From Podarcis melisellensis (taxonomy: Eukaryota), in NCBI GenBank assembly GCA_964234715.1, contig OZ174280.1: DNA of 64,000 nucleotides. The stretch is one strand, 5' to 3'. The stretch's first letter is position 1, and each line of letters starts with the position of its first letter. Positions 14,061 through 24,957 of the stretch are shown in pieces. The translations under genes and the position numbers were made by a program. The notes beneath the pieces were generated by a model. It was not told the origin of the DNA. It did not search any database and saw nothing but the letters and a program-made list of their open reading frames with translations.

Positions 14061-17000
14061 CAGGCAGCTGCTTTCACTGAATTCTTCTTGGTTCCTGCCT
14101 GATATCAATAAGCGATCAAGTTCTTATCGATATGGTATGGGTAATAAGTAGCACCTGTAAAAGTGCCAGTAGGCACATATGGGGTAAGGCAAATTCAAAA
14201 GTGATGAAAGGATTTCCAGCCTGTGTGTTCCATAATTATCCATTTAGGTGTGATCTGGCACTTCCAGGGGGGTACATAGCCAGAAAGCGCAGCCAGAACG
14301 GTGGTGGGAAGCTGAACGGGTTGGCTGATCAGCTGCAATCTTCTTGAGACATATCTGTAAGGGCTGCTCTGGCTGTGCTTATTGTTTTCATGTGAGAAAC
14401 AATGCTGTCCCTCCTTAAACAGGAATGCTGTTGCGTGAAAGTGCTCCTTGCCAACACTCTTCATACCAGAATGCAGATGGGAACTTTATAATCCTAACAA
14501 GAGTTATTCTGTCTCTCTTCTAATCTACAGCGCAGGCTGGTCGCAGCTATGGAATTTGGTGTGCTAGACACTATTGCAAAACTACAGCTCCTGGCCACTT
14601 GCGGGGAAAATAATGCTTTCTGGGTGCATCTCTACAGCGAGTTTGGGCCCATTTTCAATTTATTGAATAGTTAGATACATTAAAATAAAGAAGTCCTGGA
14701 TTCTCATCTTTTTCCAAGAGCGTGTCCCACCTGCAAGCCTTTCTCCTTTTCTACAATTCCAAGTCTGCTTGGATGACTGTGGTGCCACCTTTAGGGAAAG
14801 AAGTGTGGACTTTGCCACTCCACTCAGCCTTTGAATGGTGAATAAATGCTGAACTGGTGCCATTTCTCATTCCAAGCAAATACACAGAGCTTTTAGGAAA
14901 CGATTTTCCAAAAAGGGCACCTCCCCACAAATTACTTAAAAAGAAAGATGCAGATCGTTTTTCAGACAAAGCAGATGTGTCTCAGTATTGATTTTAATAG
15001 CCACATGGGTGGCACTGGAACAGCTGCATCTAGAGTAGTGGATGAAATTATATGCTCTTGTGATTCTAACCTCATAACTGGACCTCAGAAAGGAGCCATC
15101 GTGATCCCTTTTAGTGATGTTAAGCTGTAGGGCACAAGTGTAGCTTAAAATGAGATAGAAGCTGTCAAAAGTAAGAGGATCTGTGAGAGTATTAATTGCA
15201 CTATTGTTGGTACAGATTTCTGTCGTCAGGAATGTCTTAATTAAGCACATGGTGTCACTGAATGTCTAAGATCTTAGTAATAAGGAAAAGCTTCCTAGAT
15301 TCTTCTCACAACACCCCAAGATCTGAATCAGTTGTGGCTTCTTGACACTTTTTTTTTTGCAAGTGCTTGTGACACTTTTGACAAACGTTAATTGAGAAAG
15401 CATCAAAAGCCTGGCTGCGTTATAATCAGAATAAAATTACTGAGGTTTCACACAATGTCAGGAGAGAACTTGCAGAGAAGATAGACAGATCTGGAAAGGT
15501 TTTTCCAGAAGCTAGGCTGAAAAAACAGCTCAGCAGAATCGTGCACAGGCAGCACTCACTCAGACTAGGGGGAAGAAAACCCCCCGTGAGGCTCAAGATG
15601 TTTTTGGTTTGAGATAGAAAATAACCAGAAAAACCATGATTTGCACTCAGCTAGAAAGAGGGAACAGCTATGAACAATCACGGTAAAATACCCGGGTTTG
15701 TATTAATTATTACTAGCTAGAGCAGAGGTTCTTAGACTGCATTCCACAAGTTCTGCTCAAGATGCTCCACAGAAAGATTGTGGAACAGAGAAGAGTACTT
15801 GGCTCTGCATTTGATTTAGGGTTTTTTCTCCTGATGATGGAAGTCAAAGTTGTTTTGACCAGGGACTGCTGGATTTAATGAACAATCTAACGAGGACCTG
15901 GTTCCAGGCCCTTGATTTTCATAGTATCACACTGTTTTTGATTATCATGCCAAATAAAAATATGTGCCTCCTTCGATTTCATCCAGAAGTTAAAAATGCA
16001 AGTTTTCTGAATTAGCATCACCCTACTGCTTTACATACATTCGGCTAAGGTAGCTTGGCCTAGGTCCTATTGAAAGTGTGATAAGTTAGTCTTAAGTTAT
16101 TTTCAGGGGGTTGAAGTATAGCTACAATCCCAACTTCACTTACCCAGGAGTAAGCACCATTGCGTTCACTAGGACTTAATTCTGAGTGGACATGGCCAGG
16201 ACAGCAGTGTTGGTGTGGCTCCATCCCATAGTTCCAACTGGTCACATTTTGTCAGCTGTGCCTGTGTGGTTTTCATTGGATGAATTTGGTTGATTGTGTG
16301 TTGTTTTCTATTGGTTATAGTTTGACACCTGTTTGGAAGGGGAATTGATGCTGGCTTCCATGCAGAATTTGATGTAAATAGAAATTTGTAGCTATTAAGG
16401 AATGAAAAACAAAATTGTATTCATATTTATGCAAGCCTTACCCCCCACTGGTTGCACCGCTGCATGTAAGCGGACAAATAACAGACTCCACATCCATCCA
16501 CTTTGCTCACAAAAACAGGAATATCCATTATATTAGAAAGGAAAGACAACGGTTATTAAAATGCTAGTTATGTATGTACTTTGATTTATAGGAAAACAGC
16601 AGCAGTGGTGGAAAAAAGGTTATTAAGTAGTCTGCCAAGACCCCAAGCAATTTTTAAGTGACCCAGGGAAAAAAAGTTTGAGAACCATTCTAGAATATAC
16701 ATAAAATATACGAAACTAATGAGTTCCACATACAACACATTCAATCATAAATTCTTACGGACATTTTAGCCTCTTATGTTGGCATCCATTGTCCTAAAAA
16801 TAATAAATAAATAAACCCACACTGAAAGATTTGTGCTTCAGTTTTCTGTGAAATATGTTTCCCTCAAATAGTAAATGGAGATGATGGGATGATTAGAGCT
16901 TTTGACCACTGTAGGAGTGCAGGAAGATTTATGTTAGGCTTTTATTTTGTCAGAACCCTTGTCCCTACTCTTAAAGAACTGGAAACTCCATCTCTTTTAA

Positions 17001-18257
17001 AAGAAAGAAACATTCTTTTCAAGTTCTTTGAAAAGACAGCCTGGTGCCTCTCTCCTTGTTTGCATTTTGTGGTTAAATTCAATTTACATTCAAGAATATA
17101 TGTTTTTGATAAGTTGTAGCCTAAAGACAGAAGAGGTTTAAATCGCTTTTTTTAAAAAAGAAAGAAAGAAAGAAAGCATAAGCCTTTAGGAAATAAGTGT
17201 CAAAGGGAAAATTTTAAACCTGAAAAGTGTCAGATCCAGTTGTTTCCAGAAGGCCTGACATGGAAAGGAGTGAATACCTGTCACAGTTTGTAAATTCCTC
17301 CAGGCAGGGACCTGTCTCTTCTTTGTTTGCAAAAGTGGCAGGCACACCTGTGGAGATGATGGAATAAAAAACCCTAAGTAATGAATTGTGTTGCTCCACT
17401 AGCCAATGTTGCTTTGAATTTCGCTGTAGCCAGCGGCACTCTAATACCCCAATGAACAGGCAGGCTTGCCCACTCTACCTTTTTTTGGAAGGAGATTACC
17501 CTGCCACTTTTGAATATTGAATGTACCCTTTGATGGTTGGCCTTTTTTGTTTCGTTTTGTTTTCATTTTGTTTTTTCTCTCTAGTTTTCCTGGAAGCCGT
17601 TATTTACAATTACGACAAGCTTTTCAAGAGCGGAGATGGATCAAATCAGAGACCTGTCCCTGCAAATTATGATAAGCAGAGCTTAATTTCACATGGGGAA
17701 ACCCAGGTTTCTGCCTCCCAATCCTGCAAACTTAAATTTATATATATATATTATTCAAGGGAGAGAGCCCTCGGAAGTGCCTGCTTTTCCAGCTGTTTCA
17801 TATGTTTATACACATAAAGTGGACCTGGTACACCCATTGTGAAATCCCTTCTTGGACAGAGATAGCTCAGCCACCACAGTTAGAAAGGTCCTCCTTCTCT
17901 CTAAGCGTGACTATTTCAACAATTGTATTTGGGGCTGCAAGAAAACAGAGACTAAAATACAAAGTCAAGGATGCTCATTTGTACCTGTCATTGGGAACAC
18001 ATTGTGCCATTATTTAGAGAGTTCCACTGCTACCAGATCATTTCCAACTCCAACAGAAAGCATAAGCACTTACAAAACCTCTGCAGCTTGAGAAGCTTGA
18101 GACTTGGATAACTGATAGAATGATTCTTTTATGTCAACCAGCTTATGTAGTAAGATAATATTCAATAGCTGATTTCCAGATATTTTGCTCATCCAAAGTA
18201 AAGTGGCTGGTGAGAATGAGGGGAACCTTCTCTGGGAGTGTGTGTGTTTGTGTATTT

Positions 18258-18420
18258 ATGGAGCCTTGGTTCAGTGGAAGAGCACATGCTTTTCTATGCA
18301 AAAGGTCTTGGGTCTCAGGACTGGAAAAGACTGCTGTCTGAAACCCAACAGGCTGCTAAAGAATGCAGGCATAACTACATTGAACAATGATCGGAATCTA
18401 TAAGGCAGCTTCCTATGTTA
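18258..18420 (+). mobile_element. Decayed tRNA-derived SINE
   Basis: TCAGTGGAAGAGCACATGCT head and TATAAGGCAGCTTCCTATGTT tail. Same family as the 24300 copy. Confidence 0.55.
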
Positions 18421-19487
18421 CACTTGCAGCCTAGTCTGATATCCTTTGGTATTTTCAGCATTTGAGGGATTTAAAAACAATGACTTTTCTTCTGCTGTTT
18501 TATTGATGGTTGGCGTTTTCTAGCATTTATTGCCCTGTTTTTGCTGGTTTTATTCCATAAACCACCATGTAGATTATATACTAAAGGGTGGTACATACTT
18601 TTAGAAAAAAAATATGATGCAACAGGTTAATACACCCGACTCCCCTGGAACAGCAAAACACGGTCACTCCTGCCATGTTAAAATGAGTAATATGACTGAG
18701 TGAGCTCATACACAAGGCCACTTGCCACACACAGAGGCTCCCCCCCCCCCATTCAGTCCATTTAAAGTGCAGTCGATGATTCTATGCCTTATTAATTATT
18801 GTATATAGAAAGTCTAGTTGTGATAATTATTAGTCCTGAGTGGAACAGTGTAATCTTCGGCATATACTAGGTTATTTACTCTTGGGAATCTTACGTACAA
18901 TGGGAATGTTTTGTATGTGGAAAAAACCCTATGTATTTTAATTTGAATGTTGTCAGCTTGATAGAACTACCAATTACAGAACCCAAACCAGAAGTTTCTT
19001 GTTTAAATCCAGTTTTCTTGACATCAGTGATTAAGCTGTCTGTGTACTTGCCATTGGCTTAAATTAGTTCTTTCTTCACACCTGCTCTATCAAAATAGGG
19101 AAAGGGGAATGTTTAAAGGCTGAGATGTTGAAACACTAAAACAACACATGCATGCGAGGCTTTTTTTCTGTTTGGGTCTAATCAGGCATGCTGGAAATCT
19201 CTCAAGCAAAAATGGCTGCCGGGTGGGAAGATGTTACAGTAATTATCTTGCTGTAAGTTGCAGAGTGGATGACATGAAGTTAGGGTGGTTTTTTGTGTGT
19301 AAACGGCCTGGTTATTTACAACCTACTTTTTCGTTTTGGAATGTGTTCATTTGTTGCTTCCTTGTTTGTTTGCTTTTCAAATATAGAACTTAGTTTTATA
19401 GTGTAGATTCTGCCATGTTTTCTTTGTTTAAAGGTATTCATACACATTTTATCGTACAGAAATAAATCAGTATTAAGGCCTCTAAGG

Positions 19488-19622
19488 CAGGCTTCCTCAA
19501 ACTCGGCCCTCCAGATGTTTTGAGACTACAATTCCCATCATCCATGAACACTGGTCCTGCTAGCTAGGGATCATGGGAGTTGTAGGCCAAAACATCTGGA
19601 GGACCGAGTTTGAGGAAGCCTG
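19488..19622. mobile_element. hAT-type palindromic MITE (135 bp)
   Basis: TIRs CAGGCTTCCTCAAACTCGG/CCGAGTTTGAGGAAGCCTG; the whole element is a near-palindrome. The 8-bp flanks CTCTAAGG and CTGTAGGG match 6/8 as a decayed TSD. Confidence 0.85.
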
Positions 19623-19669
19623 CTGTAGGGAGTCGAAGCTTTTAGAAATATAACTATTAGGTAGATGGC

Positions 19670-19680
19670 TGTGTGTGTTT

Positions 19681-19753
<73 letters not shown>
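19670..19753. repeat. Compound microsatellite (GT)n(GA)n
   Basis: Direct reading. Confidence 0.95.
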
Positions 19754-19761
<8 letters not shown>

Positions 19762-19983
19762 AAGAATATGTGCTGCCAGCAGTATACTGAGATTGCATTC
19801 CTGTCCACACTTACTCTATATTGCACTCCATGAGACTTTTAGTATAAATGCTTAGGATCCCTGGTGTTCCAGCCATGGAAAAGCTCCTTCCGTTTGCAGA
19901 GGGAATGGGTATCCAGGAAATGGTTCCTGCTGGATGAAGAAGGCAGGTAGATCATTTTCACTGATTAGGAACACAGGGATACA

Positions 19984-20175
19984 AGTAGAGCCCTGCTAGA
20001 TCAGGCTATCCAACATCCTGTTCTGATAGTGACCAGTCAGATACCTATGGGAAACCCACAAGCAGAACTTGAGTGTAATAGTGTTCTCCCCACTTGCGAT
20101 TCTCAGTAACTACGATTCCAAGGTTTACCACCCCTAGCACCCCTAGCAGTGGAAGTAGAACATAGCCATCATGAT
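19984..20175 (-). mobile_element. CR1 LINE 3' UTR remnant
   Basis: Similar to the first part of the 38905-39270 copy (CAACATCCTGTTCT...CAGATACCTATGGGAAACCCAC...GGAAGTAGAACATAGCCATCA). Confidence 0.5.
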
Positions 20176-20592
20176 TCCTTCTCACTCATTCCCCACGCTG
20201 TTCCAGAGAGTCCTCCTGAGAAGCATTTAGCAGGGAGCAATGGGGGCTGCAGGTGTAAGGTGGGATTGGTGAAAAAGTCACACTATATCTGTCAATTTTT
20301 TCTAAATTGTGTATTCCGCTATCTTGCCAGAAATGGCTCTTTTGGTAGCTAGGTGGCATATCTAGGTGGTCTGAAGATGATGATGATGTTGATGTTACTA
20401 CTGCTACTACCATCGTTGCTGCTGCTCACATATAATTTTTATCATCCAGACATTTCCCCAGAAAACCTGGTGATTCATTCTCATATATTGAATCAATGAG
20501 ACTTTAATTTTATAAGGGAAATACAGGTGTAAATGTTTTCACAACCACTTCTCTGGGTACTTCTCTGTGTAACACTGCTTTTCTCTCCCCAG

Positions 20593-20889
20593 TGCCTACC
20601 ACAGCCGAGACCATAACTCCTTCCACAGAGCTGTACAAGACAACTGTGTCAACTACAAGCACCACGCCACAGAAAATTCCAATTAGCACAACATTACCTG
20701 GGGGGAAGGGGGATGAAAGCAAAGGCCCCAAGCCACCGCCAGCAGTATCAACGACCAAAATTCCTCCTGTTACAAGCTTTTTCCCTTTGCCAGAGAGGTT
20801 CTGTGAACTTGAGGTGAAAAGGGATATAACTTGGCCTCAGACTCCAAGAGGAAACATGGTGGAACGCCCCTGTCCCAAAGGAACTCGTG
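20593..20889 (+). CDS. ADGRL2: ADGRL2 exon: Ser/Thr-rich linker and start of hormone-receptor (HormR) domain (VPTTAET...RPCPKGTR)
   Basis: ctccccag|TGCCT acceptor and CGTG|gtaaga donor. 297 nt, phase 1/1. Contains PLPERFC...[17 protein letters not shown]. Confidence 0.95.
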
Positions 20890-21452
20890 GTAAGACCTTA
20901 AAACTGGATTTTCAGCTTAAGTAAACATTCCGGTGTCTATATCTTGAACCCTCTTTTCCTTAGCCTCGGACTATCTTTCTTATGATCTTGGCTGCTTGCA
21001 AGGAAATGGCACCTTCAGGTTTTAAGCTGTAGAGGGCATTGGAGCCTAGGTACAGAATTACATTCCAGCCCCTTTTCAAGGATTCCAGATCATAGGTCTT
21101 TGCAACAGACAGGACTTCAGCCACACTTGCTTTCTGCTGTATTTCTCATTATGAACTCCACTTTGGATGGTTTCCAGAAAATGCTAGAGCTTTTTCTTTT
21201 TCTCTCTGTTTATTCAGTATAAAGTCTGATATTTTGTCCTGGCTTTCTTAGCATTGCTTTTAATTGGCATCATTGCCTTTTGTTACCTCATTTTCCTACA
21301 GGCTTCCTTAGTCTCTTTTAAAGCGACTTAAGTACTGAAGCCCTAATCCAGTATCTCCCAGGTGCTTACGAAACATTTTTTAAAAAATGTACACATGCAC
21401 AAACAACTTGAACACTCTTACTTCCATTTCATTTTTCTCATCCTTTATATAG

Positions 21453-21556
21453 GAACAGCTTCATACCTCTGCATGGTTTCCACTGGAAAATGGAACCCGA
21501 ATGGTCCTGATCTTAGCAACTGTACTTCACACTGGGTAAACCAGCTGGCTCAGAAG
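21453..21556 (+). CDS. ADGRL2: ADGRL2 exon: HormR domain ([35 protein letters not shown])
   Basis: tttatatag|GAACA acceptor and AAG|gtgggt donor. 104 nt, phase 1/0. Confidence 0.95.
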
Positions 21557-22989
21557 GTGGGTTGGAAAATATTTTTGATATGATACCATGCCCATGATTA
21601 CCAGCATAGATGCTTATGACAAACACTGGGAACGTTGCACGAGACTAAATCAAGTGCCCTGCCATCCCAGGGCTTTAATAGGGATGTCATGATATTGCCC
21701 ACTTCAAGGGTTGGGGCAAACACACTTGTGGTTTCACCATGCAAACTGCTGCTTCTGGCTTACTCTGCCTCAAGGCAAACAATGTTGGTTTCAGCCAGGT
21801 GAAAGTTAAAGCAGAGGATGTGGCAGTTATGGGGCTCTCCTAGCTTTCAATGGAGCATCTTCTCCTTCCAAGAGCTACAGTTCCCACATCCTTCACAGGA
21901 AATGGTGCTGAACATCATATTTGCACCAAGTAAAAGGCTGTCTCCTCTGCTTTGATCTTTGCCTAGCTGGAGCTAAGGGATTTTTCAGCAAAGGGACACA
22001 AGAATGGAGACATTAACAGAACAGCCATTCGTTGAGCACCTGCTCTGTATTTTTGTTTTGTTTAATAAAGGGTGGTCTATAAGTAAAATGAGGGCAATTT
22101 TTAAAACACTGTGTTACTAGCAGGAAATCCCTATGAAAGTTAATATGCATAAGACAGGGACAGGATGGACTGTTTCTGTCCTTAGCTATCAGCTCTTGTA
22201 TCCCATTCTCGTTTCCTAAATATTTGAGCTGTACTGTCACATTCTGCCTGCCACATTGACAGCCTCCGTAACTGCTGGGGTGAAAAGCAAATAAAGATAT
22301 CCTATGTTACACTCCCCACCCCACAAAAGAATCTGTGTTTCAGATTGACTTCCCTGTGCTGAAACCCAGCTCTTGGAGATTGCGGGTGGAAGGAAACATC
22401 ACAAACAAACTGCCTCATTTCCCGCCGCTTCCTCCAAAGAAGCACAAAGGGGGAAAAAATCTCAAATGCCTGCAGAGATTGGTTGGTTTTGCTCCCTGCA
22501 AATGCAGAGCTCTCCATGCAGCACTTTATCATCCCACCACGCGATGAATGGTGGCCATTCACTCCTGGAGAAGAAAGCGAAGGCACTTGGGAAAAGGGGG
22601 CTCATTCCTTAGCCCTGCAGATCCTTGCGATTAAGAATCAAGTCTCCTACTATTTCTGTAGCCCCATTCTGCATAGAATTTGTTGGTCACACTGAAAATG
22701 TGATGGAGCACTGAGAGAGTAGAATGGAATGCTTGGAATTGACATGATGATAGATAGATAGATCACCATCAATGCATATAGCACTTTACTAAATCTAAGC
22801 AGTGTTGCATATTATCTCTCATTTTTTGTGGGTGTAGGGCAGTAGTTGTTTTTTTAAGGACAAAAGAACTTTGAAAGATAAAAAAAAGATGTAACAAAAA
22901 ATAACCCACCTTTCTATTTAGAAATAAAGTGTTCTAAGAGTTAAGTGGCAGTGGGGGCATCACTGAAATAATTTAAATTGTCATTTCAG

Positions 22990-23175
22990 ATCAGAAGTGG
23001 AGAAAATGCTGCTAGCCTTGCCAATGAACTGGCTAAACATACCAAAGGACAAATCTATGCTGGTGATGTGAGTTCTTCAGTCAGACTGATGGAACAGTTG
23101 GTGGATATTCTTGATGCTCAGCTGCAAGATCTGAAGCCTAACGAGAAGGACTCTGCTGGACGGAGTTATAACAAG
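22990..23175 (+). CDS. ADGRL2: ADGRL2 exon: GAIN subdomain A (IRSGENAAS...AGRSYNK)
   Basis: tttcag|ATCAGA acceptor and AAG|gtagat donor. 186 nt, phase 0/0. Confidence 0.96.
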
Positions 23176-23904
23176 GTAGATACCAACCTGAATAGCCTTC
23201 TCTGGTGTGCATTAGAACAACCTGGCCTTGTGGCTTTCTTTCTTTTCTCTTGCAAAATATCTGCCTGTATTTTGCACTAGTCCTTTGAAGTAGGGCACAT
23301 TTAGGGGGGGGTTGGGGGGGGAGGAACCAACAAATTCATGGAGACATGTGGATTCTGATGCTGTGTCAGAGTCCCCAAAGGTACACCAGAACGGAATGTG
23401 ACCGTTCCCATGTGGGCAGAAGGAATTGAACGGATAATGTTAATTATACTTTAGCAGCAGCCTGAAACAGAACAATGATTAAGGCATCAATAAGAATCAG
23501 ACCTGTTGTGTCCTTTGATCCTTTATAACTCTCAACCTGGGGGGGGGGGACAAACTGCGGCAGGGAAAAATGAATACTCTTCCGCCCCCCCCCCCCCGGT
23601 GACTTTCTTACTAACGTATTTGACGTATAATACTAACGTTTTAGAAGTATTTGACATACCAAGCCATGAACTAACCTTAATGCATTGGAATGGCCTTGTG
23701 CTTCATTCACTCCCTTAAAAACCCGCAGATTCATCTGGAAGTGATACTTTAACACACTTTAAGATTGTTAATTTTATCAGCAGATCTTATTTCTCCGGTT
23801 AGCAAATAGGCGTTTGAACAATGATCAAGTAGTACTAATCCTATTACCCTTAAAAAAATAATAATGTCTAACCTCTGATGTGTGTTTTTTGTCTTATTAC
23901 CAAG

Positions 23905-23943
23905 CTCCAAAAGCGAGAGAAGACATGCAGGTCTTACCTTAAG
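23905..23943 (+). CDS. ADGRL2: ADGRL2 alternative cassette exon in GAIN (splice site B; LQKREKTCRSYLK, 39 nt)
   Basis: ttaccaag|CTCCAA...CTTAAG|gtatct. Phase 0/0. Matches the known latrophilin insert LQKREKTCRAYLK. TGCATG lies downstream at 24015-24020. Confidence 0.92.
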
Positions 23944-24299
23944 GTATCTCTCCTGTGCTGTCACCTTGCTTTGTCCCTGCTTCAGTCACCTGCTGCCACG
24001 CTTTTCCCTCCTGCTGCATGTCCCTATGTATTTCAGTCTTTGATAATTGTGCACTGTGCCTTCCCCACAGCAATTGTACAAAAAAAAAGGTGTTGGCTTT
24101 GCACGGGTATAATACCTTCAGAAAAAGCCAGTCGTAAATAATAAATCAATAATTGATACTTCCTTTCCTCCTCCTTTTATCAAAAAAAAGAGCAGCCATG
24201 GAGCTTTTAACTGAATTGGAAATAAGAACAGCTTTGCTTCCTCGTGGTATTGTGCCTGTGGAAGGAAAACAAAACTGGCAATGGGCACAAATTGTTTGA

Positions 24300-24493
24300 C
24301 ATGGGAACACAGGAAGTTGCCTTATACTGAGTATAGATCCACATAGCTCAGTATTGCCTACACTGGCTGGTAACCGCTCTCCAGGGTTTCAGACTGGGGA
24401 CATTGCCAGACCGGCCTGGAAATGCTGGGGATTAAAGTCGGGACTTTTCTGCATGCAGTGCAGATGCTCTATCACAGAGCTACGGCCCTGCCC
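24300..24493 (-). mobile_element. tRNA-derived SINE
   Basis: On the minus strand, a GGGCCGTAGCTCTGTGATAGAGCATCTGC head and a TATAAGGCAACTTCCTGTGTTCCCATGT tail. Confidence 0.7.
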
Positions 24494-24767
24494 CTTGCAC
24501 CTGGGTTTTGTGTTTGCAGATCTGTGTATCAAAGACTGTGTAGCCATATCTAGTGGAATCCACTAATCACTGCTGCCTCGTGACTTCCATTGGTTCAGTG
24601 GAGTTTGTGTGGCAAGAGTGTCTTATGGATTACATCCCATGCTTGTGCATGACGAAAAAACAAAAACCCCAACACATACACATGTTAAACTACCCTACAT
24701 TTTATTTTATTTTTGTGCACTCTTGAATTCAGCGAGTTCTCTTTTGTGTGTGTGACACCAGGGAAGC

Positions 24768-24786
24768 GTGTGTGTGTGTGTGTGTG
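24768..24786. repeat. (GT)n microsatellite
   Basis: Direct reading. Confidence 0.9.
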
Positions 24787-24885
24787 GAGAGTTAACAAAG
24801 GCCAGCTTTGATCATTTGAGTTACAGATACAGTGCAAACTTTCCTCATATTCTCCTGGAAGCATATCCTGTTTCCCATATACCAG

Positions 24886-24957
24886 GAGAGGCATAAAGAT
24901 ACTAAGGAACTTGGAATGTCTTGCAGGTCTTATTATGTGTATTCTGTTCTGGTTAAT
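24886..24957 (+). CDS. ADGRL2: Candidate additional in-frame cassette exon (ERHKDTKELGMSCRSYYVYSVL[VN]); end at 24951 or 24957
   Basis: cctgtttcccatataccag|GAG acceptor, open phase-0 frame, and phase-0 donors CTG|gttaat and AAT|gtcagt. Shares TGCAGGTCTTA (CRSY) with the 23905 exon. Not confirmed. Confidence 0.4.

Noticed and set aside
19560-19855. Low-complexity ORFs (CVCVCV/RERERE, SFFLSFFL at 39473-39892, poly-Y at 33534)
   Set aside because: Translations of microsatellites.
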